Positions 55,143 to 64,000 of a DNA stretch of 64,000 nucleotides are shown here, one piece after another. The notes under the pieces were generated by a model. The model did not search any database. It was not told the DNA's origin and worked only from the letters and a program-made list of their open reading frames with translations. The stretch comes from Pseudomonadota bacterium. Its GTDB lineage: Bacteria; Pseudomonadota; Gammaproteobacteria; Xanthomonadales; Rhodanobacteraceae. The stretch spans positions 6,600-70,599 of the forward strand of contig JAFEFQ010000234.1 of the NCBI GenBank assembly GCA_018240505.1. Reading direction: 5' to 3'. The stretch's first letter is position 1. Each line of letters starts with the position of its first letter. The position numbers and the translations under genes are program-made.

Positions 55143-55949
55143 GAAGACGGCGGTGATTGTAGAGCGCGAGCCTGTTCCGATTCCGGGAACTGGTCGCGCA
55201 AACGCTGTGCATAGTCACGCGCGGCGTCTGCGTGCCCCAACTTCAATTCGATGTCGCGGGCCAGCGACAACGCATCCGGGCTGGGCTGGCCGACGGCGTC
55301 GTAGCGTTGCACAAAGGCGCGCGCCTTGAAGAAATCGTTCTTCTTGTACAGCACGTTCGCGAGCTGGAACAAAGCTTGCGCATTGTTCGGCTCGAACGCG
55401 AGCGCCTTGCGGAAATCCGCTTCGGCGAGATCGAGCGACCCCTGGCCGAGCAGTTCGCAAGTGCCGGCGTTCGTATACGCGGAGGCCTTGGCGGCGTAGA
55501 ACCCATCGGCGAAGGCCGCATCGAAGTATTTGCGTGCTTCGGCGTACTGGCCGAGCTTGCACAGATACATGCCGTAGTTGTTGTTCTCGGCACCCGCCTT
55601 GGGCGCCAGTTGCACCGCTTCGCGATAGTGCTGCAATGCCTGCGTGCGGTCACCTATGCGGTCGTACAGCGTAGCGAGCAGGGTGTGCGCATTGACGCTT
55701 TGCCGATCGTATTTCAGCGCCTTGAGCAGGTTGTCCTGGGCGAGTTCGAGCTTGCCCAGCTCCATGTATTTCTGCCCGAGCTGGACGAACGGCCTGGCCC
55801 GGTCCGCGGGCGTTTCCTGTGATTTCAGGCTCGACGGCTGGCTCTCCACCGTAACCGGGCGGATGCCTTCGCTGTTGCGGCTGCAAGCCGTCACGACGCA
55901 CAACGCAGCCACCGCCAGCGCGGGCAGCGAAAGCCGCGCGAACCGGAGG

Positions 55950-55960
<11 letters not shown>
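55139..55960 (-). CDS. pilW: Type IV pilus pilotin PilW/PilF
   Basis: Lipobox VTAC, TPRs, NNYG.YLC, NAG.C. Confidence 0.92.
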
Positions 55961-57062
<1,102 letters not shown>

Positions 57063-57098
57063 TGACGGCTGGCTAGAACGATGCTTTTGTTGAGAAGT

Positions 57099-57116
57099 GC
57101 GGCCAAGGATGGCCGC
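57099..57116. repeat. GCCANGGATGGC hairpin between ndk and rlmN
   Basis: GCGGCCA-AGGA-TGGCCGC followed by a T-run on the + strand. Confidence 0.6.
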
Positions 57117-57131
57117 TTTTTGACTCTGCGC

Positions 57132-57560
57132 TCACGGACGAGCGCAAATATCAGTTCCGGCGAAGAAGTAGGCGATTTCCTGCGCCGCCGTTTCCGGCGC
57201 GTCGGAGCCGTGCACCGCGTTCGCGTCGATCGACTGCGCGAAATCGGCGCGGATCGTGCCCGGCGCGGCCTTCTTCGGATCGGTCGCACCCATCAGGTCG
57301 CGGTTCTTGAGGATCGCACCCTCGCCTTCGAGCGCCTGAATCATCACCGGGCCCGAGATCATGAACTCGACGAGTGCCTTGAAGAACGGACGCTCCTTGT
57401 GCACCGCGTAGAAGCCTTCGGCTTCGGCACGCGACAACTGCTTGTACTTGGCGGCGACGACCTTGAGGCCGGCCCTCTCGAAGCGGGAGTAAATTTCACC
57501 GATCACATTCTTGGCGACTGCGTCGGGCTTGATGATGGAAAGGGTGCGCTCCAGCGCCAT
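57132..57560 (-). CDS. ndk: Nucleoside diphosphate kinase
   Basis: [26 protein letters not shown]. Confidence 0.98.
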   Translation of the reverse strand: MALERTLSIIKPDAVAKNVIGEIYSRFERAGLKVVAAKYKQLSRAEAEGFYAVHKERPFFKALVEFMISGPVMIQALEGEGAILKNRDLMGATDPKKAAPGTIRADFAQSIDANAVHGSDAPETAAQEIAYFFAGTDICARP

Positions 57561-57803
57561 TGCTGATGACTCCGATATTGTGATGTAAGTCGAGTGGTGC
57601 GGCCGGCGGTCGTCCCCACCGCTGAACCGGACACACGGCAAGCCCGAGGCTGCCGCCGAAAAAGGCTTGCATATTCTATAGGATTGCGCGGGAAAATTTA
57701 AGTACCTTGTGGCATGCCGCGCAGTGTTCCGCGAGTGCCAAACGGGTCTCAATTCGCGTCGCAACCGCACCGATTTGACCCTCGCCTTGCCACCGCCTAG
57801 AAT

Positions 57804-57819
57804 TCAAACAAACGTTTGA
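57804..57819. promoter_or_regulatory. PsrA-type operator
   Basis: TCAAAC-AAAC-GTTTGA matches the CAAAC-N2-4-GTTTG PsrA box, upstream of tetR-fadBA. Confidence 0.75.
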
Positions 57820-57882
57820 TAAGCGATGGTGGCCGCTACGGTCGCACATCGACGCGGGCAGGCATTCGGGAGGCTGCGAGTC

Positions 57883-58500
57883 ATGAATCCGGAACTCTTC
57901 TCCACCAAGCAACGCATCCTCGACGCCGCCGAGGCCTTGTTCGCGAGTCACGGTTTTGCCGGCGCCTCGCTCCGCCAGGTCACCTCGAACGCGCAGGTCA
58001 ATCTCGCCGCGGTCAACTATCACTTCGGCTCGAAGGAAAACCTGATCAACGAAGTGCTGCGCCTGCGTCTGGACAAACTCAATGCAGACCGCACCCAGGC
58101 CTTGCTGTCGGCGCTGGCGAAATCGCCCGTACAACTCGAGGACGTGCTCGGCGCCTGGATCCGGCCGGCGCTCGCAGCCTCGGCCAACGAAAAAGGCAGC
58201 ACCGCCTTCGTGCGCATCCTCGCCCGCACCTATGCCGAACAGAACGAACGCCTGCGCTCGTTCCTGCACGACAACTACGGCCATGTGCTGCGCGACTTCG
58301 CCGCGGCGCTCGGCACCTTGCTGCCGCATCTGGACAAACAGGAGTTGTACTGGCGCATGGACATCATCACCGGCGCACTGACCTTCGCCATGGCCGACTT
58401 CGGCACGATCAAGCGCCGCGGCGCAAGCACCGAGCAGCATCGAGAGTTGACGGCGGACCATCTGGTCCGATTCGCCGCCGCCGGCCTGCGCGCGGAATGA
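57883..58500 (+). CDS. PsrA-like TetR regulator of fatty acid degradation
   Basis: TK.RILDAAE.LF, VNLAAVNYHFGSK; precedes fad genes. Confidence 0.88.
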   Translation: MNPELFSTKQRILDAAEALFASHGFAGASLRQVTSNAQVNLAAVNYHFGSKENLINEVLRLRLDKLNADRTQALLSALAKSPVQLEDVLGAWIRPALAASANEKGSTAFVRILARTYAEQNERLRSFLHDNYGHVLRDFAAALGTLLPHLDKQELYWRMDIITGALTFAMADFGTIKRRGASTEQHRELTADHLVRFAAAGLRAE

Positions 58501-58512
58501 AGAAAGATTCAC

Positions 58513-58593
58513 GCCGCGGAATTCCACGGATAGAGCGAAAGCACAAAAAATTTTCTTTAGCTTGACCCGCCGTCATCCGCGCCGAGCCGCGGC
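58513..58593. repeat. Degenerate third copy of the CCACGGAT element
   Basis: GCCGCGG...CACGGATAGAGCGAAA...ATCCGCG...CCGCGGCAAAA; the core is the reverse complement of TTTCGCTCTATCCG seen at 41365-41378 and 51727-51740. Confidence 0.65.
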
Positions 58594-58629
58594 AAAAGAT
58601 TTTCACCTCCCCAAATCCACGAGGCACGC

Positions 58630-61011
58630 ATGAGTTCCCCCTCCCTCCGCATCCGCAAAGTGGCCGTACTCGGCGCCGGCGTCATGGGCGCGCAGATCGC
58701 CGCGCACCTGGTCAACGCCGGCGTCGATACCGTGCTGTACGACCTGCCCGCCAAGGACGGTGACCCGAACGGCATCGTGCTCAAGGCCATCGACAACCTG
58801 AAGAAGCTCTCGCCCTCGCCCCTGGCCGACAAATCGCGCGCCGGCGCGATCGTGCCGGCCAACTACGGCAGCGATCTCGAACTGCTGCGCGGCTGCGATC
58901 TGATCATCGAGGCGATCGCCGAAAAGCTCGACTGGAAGCGCGACCTCTACGCCAGGATTGCCCCGTACGTGGCCGAAAATTCGGTGCTGGCAAGCAATAC
59001 TTCCGGTTTGAGTATCAATAGCTTGGCCGATGTTCTTAGTGCTCATTTGCATGAGCGTTTCTGCGGCGTGCACTTCTTCAACCCGCCGCGCTACATGCAT
59101 CTGGCCGAGCTGATTCCGTGCACCAAGACCGCGACCGCAGTGTTGAGCGGATTGGAAACCTTCCTGACCACGACGCTGGGCAAAGGCGTGGTCTACGCGA
59201 AGGACACGCCGAACTTCATCGGCAACCGCATCGGCGTGTTCTCGATCCTGTCGACGATCCATCACACCGACCAGTTCAAGCTGAGCTACGACGTCGTCGA
59301 CGCGCTGACCGGCCCCGCGATCGGTCATCCGAAGAGCGCGACCTACCGCACTGCCGACGTGGTCGGCCTCGACACGATGGGCCACGTCATCGGCACGATG
59401 GACGGCACGCTGCCGAACGATCCCTGGCGCGACTACTACAAGACGCCGCCCGTGCTCGCCGCGCTCGTCGCCAAGGGTGCGCTCGGGCAGAAGAGCGGCG
59501 CGGGCTTCTTTCGCAAGGTCGGCAAGGATATTCTGGTTCTCGATCCGGCCAAGGCCGACTACGTGGCGCAAACCGGCACGGTCAGCGACGAGGTCGCCGC
59601 GATCCTCAAGCTCAAGAACCCGGCCGAGAAATTCGCCAGGCTGCGCGCGTCCAGCGACCCGCAGGCGCAGTTCCTCTGGGCCGCTCATCGCGACCTGTTC
59701 CACTACTCGGCCTATCACCTCGCCGACATCGCCGACTGCGCGCGCGACATCGACTTCGCCATGCGCTGGGGCTACGGCTGGCAGCTCGGCCCGTTCGAGA
59801 CCTGGCAGGCCGCGGGCTGGGCGCAGGTCGCGCAGTGGATCGCCGAGGACATCGCCGCCGGCAAGACCATGAGCCGCGCGCCGCTGCCGGCTTGGGTACT
59901 CGATCCGAGCCGCAACGGCGTGCACAACGCGGACGGCAGTTCCTACAGCGCCGCGCAGGACAAATACCTGTCGCGCTCGACCGAGCCGGTCTACGCGCGC
60001 CAGTTGTTCCCGCAGACGACGATAGGCACGAAGGTCGATCGCGGAACTACCGTGTTCGAAACCGACGACGCACGCCTGTGGACGCTGGGCGACGACGGCA
60101 TCGCGATCCTCTCGTTCAAGACCAAGATGCACACACTCGGCGCCGGCGTGATCGACGCGGTCAACCGCGCGATCGACGAGGCCGAGAAGAACTTCAAGGG
60201 CCTCGTGATCTGGCAGGATTCCGAGCCGTTCAGCGCGGGCGCCGATCTCGCCGGCGCGGTCGCGCTGCTGCAATCGGGCCAGGTCGCCGAATTCGAGGCG
60301 TTCGTCAATCATTTCCAGCAGACGAGCATGCGCATCAAGCACTCGCTCGTGCCGGTGGTCGCGGCGATCCGCGGGCTCGCGCTCGGCGGCGGCTGCGAAT
60401 TTCAGATGCACTGCGCGCGCACCGTCGCCGCACTCGAAAGCTACATCGGCCTCGTCGAAGCGGGCGTCGGCCTGCTGCCCGCCGGCGGCGGCTTGAAGGA
60501 ACTCGCCCTGCGCGCCTCCGCGCGCGCGATCGAGGGCGACGTGTTCACGCAGTTGAAGAATGCGTTCCAGACCGTCGCGATGGCAAAAGTCTCGACCAGC
60601 GCACTCGAAGCGAAGGAACTGGGCCTGCTGCGCCACAACGACGTCGTCGTCTTCCACGCCGATGAATTGCTTTATGTCGCCAAGAACGAGGCGCGCGCGC
60701 TCGCCGATTCGGGATACCGGCCGCCGCTCTATGATCGCCAGATCACGGCTGCCGGCGACGTCGGCACGGCGACGTTCAAGGCCTCGCTGGTGAACATGCT
60801 GGAGGGCCGCTTCATCTCCGAGCACGACTTCGACATCGCCAGCCGCATCGCCGACACGTTATGCGGCGGCCAGGTCGAGCGCGGCTCGATCGTCGACGAA
60901 CAATGGCTGCTCGACCTCGAGCGCAGGCATTTCGTCGCCCTCGCGCAGACGCCGAAGACGCAGGAGCGCATCGTGCACACGCTCAAGACCGGCAAGCCGC
61001 TGCGCAATTGA
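58630..61011 (+). CDS. 3-hydroxyacyl-CoA dehydrogenase / enoyl-CoA hydratase (FadB/FadN-like)
   Basis: GAGVMG, SNTSG, HFFNPPRYM, FSAGAD, GGGCE, GLVE.GVGL.P. Confidence 0.95.
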   Translation: MSSPSLRIRKVAVLGAGVMGAQIAAHLVNAGVDTVLYDLPAKDGDPNGIVLKAIDNLKKLSPSPLADKSRAGAIVPANYGSDLELLRGCDLIIEAIAEKLDWKRDLYARIAPYVAENSVLASNTSGLSINSLADVLSAHLHERFCGVHFFNPPRYMHLAELIPCTKTATAVLSGLETFLTTTLGKGVVYAKDTPNFIGNRIGVFSILSTIHHTDQFKLSYDVVDALTGPAIGHPKSATYRTADVVGLDTMGHVIGTMDGTLPNDPWRDYYKTPPVLAALVAKGALGQKSGAGFFRKVGKDILVLDPAKADYVAQTGTVSDEVAAILKLKNPAEKFARLRASSDPQAQFLWAAHRDLFHYSAYHLADIADCARDIDFAMRWGYGWQLGPFETWQAAGWAQVAQWIAEDIAAGKTMSRAPLPAWVLDPSRNGVHNADGSSYSAAQDKYLSRSTEPVYARQLFPQTTIGTKVDRGTTVFETDDARLWTLGDDGIAILSFKTKMHTLGAGVIDAVNRAIDEAEKNFKGLVIWQDSEPFSAGADLAGAVALLQSGQVAEFEAFVNHFQQTSMRIKHSLVPVVAAIRGLALGGGCEFQMHCARTVAALESYIGLVEAGVGLLPAGGGLKELALRASARAIEGDVFTQLKNAFQTVAMAKVSTSALEAKELGLLRHNDVVVFHADELLYVAKNEARALADSGYRPPLYDRQITAAGDVGTATFKASLVNMLEGRFISEHDFDIASRIADTLCGGQVERGSIVDEQWLLDLERRHFVALAQTPKTQERIVHTLKTGKPLRN
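59013..59025 (+). promoter_or_regulatory. IHF consensus site inside the fadB-like gene
   Basis: TATCAATAGCTTG matches WATCAANNNNTTR and sits in an AT-rich patch. Confidence 0.55.
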
Positions 61012-61159
61012 TCATGCGACAGATTGGGCATCCTGCCGCAACTGCCGCGAGCACGGCGCGGGCCAAGCCCGCGCACGTGTTCCGCCGCCGGATACAGCGT
61101 CCGGCAACGACGACGCATCCATGCGTCGCATGCACATCATTTTCTTCGGAGATACCGAA

Positions 61160-62356
<1,197 letters not shown>

Positions 62357-62377
62357 GTGTCATTCGAGGCCCGTGCC

Positions 62378-63154
62378 TCAACTGCTCTTCCCCTTCACAG
62401 TAAACGAAGCGCCGAACGATAGCCCCCAAGCAAGAGCGAGTCCGAGCGGCAAGCAGAGCAGAGAAGGAATATGCAGAATTTGATTCATTGCCAAGCACAC
62501 CGTAGCCACTGCCGCGCTCGTCGCCACGCCCAGACCAAAAGCAGCGAACTGGCCGGGCCGGGATTGAAATTGCTCCAATCCGGCCCGAAAGCCAAACCAA
62601 GCTATGCAGGCGAACACAAGCGATAGAAAACAAGCGGCCACGATGACACCGAATTCAACTCTTTTATAAACGCTATTGGCTGCAAACATTAGCGTTGCAG
62701 CTATCGCGAATACGATCATCGACGCTGCCGCGTAAGGCAAAGTTCGCTGTCGTTTTGATAAACCGGCCTCAATTAATCGAATTTCCGGTACAGGTGTGAC
62801 TTCATTGGCTTGCGCAGGTAGCACCTGCCTTGAAGCGGTTTGACCGTCAGCTCGCAAAGCGCTAACCGTATGTGCAACCATGGCCGTCATCAGACACGCC
62901 AATACCCAGACGACACACAGCGAAAGGAAGTCGTAAGGAATACCTCTGGGCTGCATGAGTACGGCGACAATGAAGGGAGCTACGCCGATGGGAGGGTGAC
63001 CGCTGCCCGCAACTACTCCGGGTGCAGCGAGAATGGAGAAAATCAGAGCAGTCAGAGCTACTCGCGTTGCTTTCGGCAATCGAGCCGTCGCAAACCATAC
63101 GGTAACGGCGCAAGCTATTCCGATGAAGAAGAATGCAACCAGTAAACTGAGCAT
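62378..63154 (-). CDS. Hypothetical multi-pass membrane protein; low GC
   Basis: 258-aa hydrophobic ORF with RBS GGAGGGG; atypical codon use. Confidence 0.65.
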   Translation of the reverse strand: MLSLLVAFFFIGIACAVTVWFATARLPKATRVALTALIFSILAAPGVVAGSGHPPIGVAPFIVAVLMQPRGIPYDFLSLCVVWVLACLMTAMVAHTVSALRADGQTASRQVLPAQANEVTPVPEIRLIEAGLSKRQRTLPYAAASMIVFAIAATLMFAANSVYKRVEFGVIVAACFLSLVFACIAWFGFRAGLEQFQSRPGQFAAFGLGVATSAAVATVCLAMNQILHIPSLLCLPLGLALAWGLSFGASFTVKGKSS

Positions 63155-63316
63155 ATTGTCCGTCCCCCTCCACTATGATCGAAATCTGCGACTAGCGCGC
63201 GGTCCAATGTAGCGTCTACGCTGGGCTGCCAAGCCAAGCAATTCAAATCCGAAGAACGCCCTGGGTTTGGCAATCCAACTTTAGAGTGTTCGTTTCCCAC
63301 TGAAAAGGAAATCTTC

Positions 63317-64000
63317 ATGTCGCGCTACCGTACCCACGCGGCCAACTGCTGATCGAAAAACTGGTCCGCGACCTGGCGATTCTCGCCGCGGTCGCGATTG
63401 TGTTCACGGTGTTCTGGCCGTTCCGCCAGGTGCCGACCGGCTCGCGCGGCGTGCGCACGCAGTTCGGCGCGATCAAGGGCATCGAGTCGGAGGGCCTCGT
63501 CATCGTGCCGCCGTGGCAGGCGATCAATCTTTTCAGCATCCGCGCCGAGGCGGCGCACATCGACAAGGCAACCGGCTCGACCAGCGACACCCAGCCGGTC
63601 GATACCGACCTGACCGTGCGCTACTCGATCCAGCCCGATCGCGTCGGCGAGGTGTACGAGAAGTACAGCCACAACGGCGACCTCTCGTCCTATGTGCAAA
63701 CCGCGACGCAGGAAGTGTTCAAGGCCGTCACCGCGCGCTACACCGCACCCGACCTGATCGGCAAGCGCGCGCAGGTGTCGAACGACATCCTCGAAGGCCT
63801 GCGTGCGAAGCTCGACAAGTACGGCGCGCAGGTGATCAACATCGACATGCGCAACTTCGCCTTCTCCGACAGCTACATGAAGGCGATCAACGACAAGGTG
63901 ACGCAAGAGCAGTTGCGCCTCGCCGCCGAGAACAAGGTGAAGACGGTCGAGGCCGAGCAGAAACAGAAAGTTGCCGTCGCCGAAGCCGAGGCGAATGCGC
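63317..64000 (+). CDS. SPFH/prohibitin-family protein (runs off the window; apparent 1-nt frameshift near the start)
   Basis: Frame from about 63334 gives a TM segment, VP.G.RGV..QFG, SD.Q.V, FKAVTA.Y.A.DLI..R, F.FS..Y..AI..K. The RBS-backed ATG at 63317 is one base out of frame. Confidence 0.85.

Overview
GC-rich chromosomal window from a Xanthomonadales bacterium, probably Rhodanobacteraceae (Rudaea/Dokdonella-like; inferred from gene order and protein families). The housekeeping backbone is scpA-scpB-rluB, pgi, ppsR/ppsA, tRNA-Ala/tRNA-Glu, tadA, guaB-guaA, a TPAT/TRAP transporter, folD, mobA-moeA-moeB, ndk-rlmN-pilW-rodZ-yfgM-bamB-der and psrA-like tetR-fadB-fadA. Accessory content: a broken G1 glutamic peptidase next to a secreted plant-type LRR protein; a second, low-GC paralogous LRR protein; an NHEJ locus (LigD-Ku) with a MerR-HTH/TPR gene, DUF72 and a hydrolase; a RegBA-linked TonB receptor/PepSY module; a LysR-AKR-MFS cluster; and an integron-cassette-like gene between guaB and guaA. 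The most unusual non-coding signal is a 239-bp element between bamB and der, in which a perfect 18-bp terminal inverted repeat encloses six hairpins. It has two shorter relatives in the window. Perfect IHF boxes lie in AT-rich patches inside guaA and fadB. No CRISPR array, integrase or transposase was found. All calls are from reading the sequence and recalling family motifs; no searches were run.
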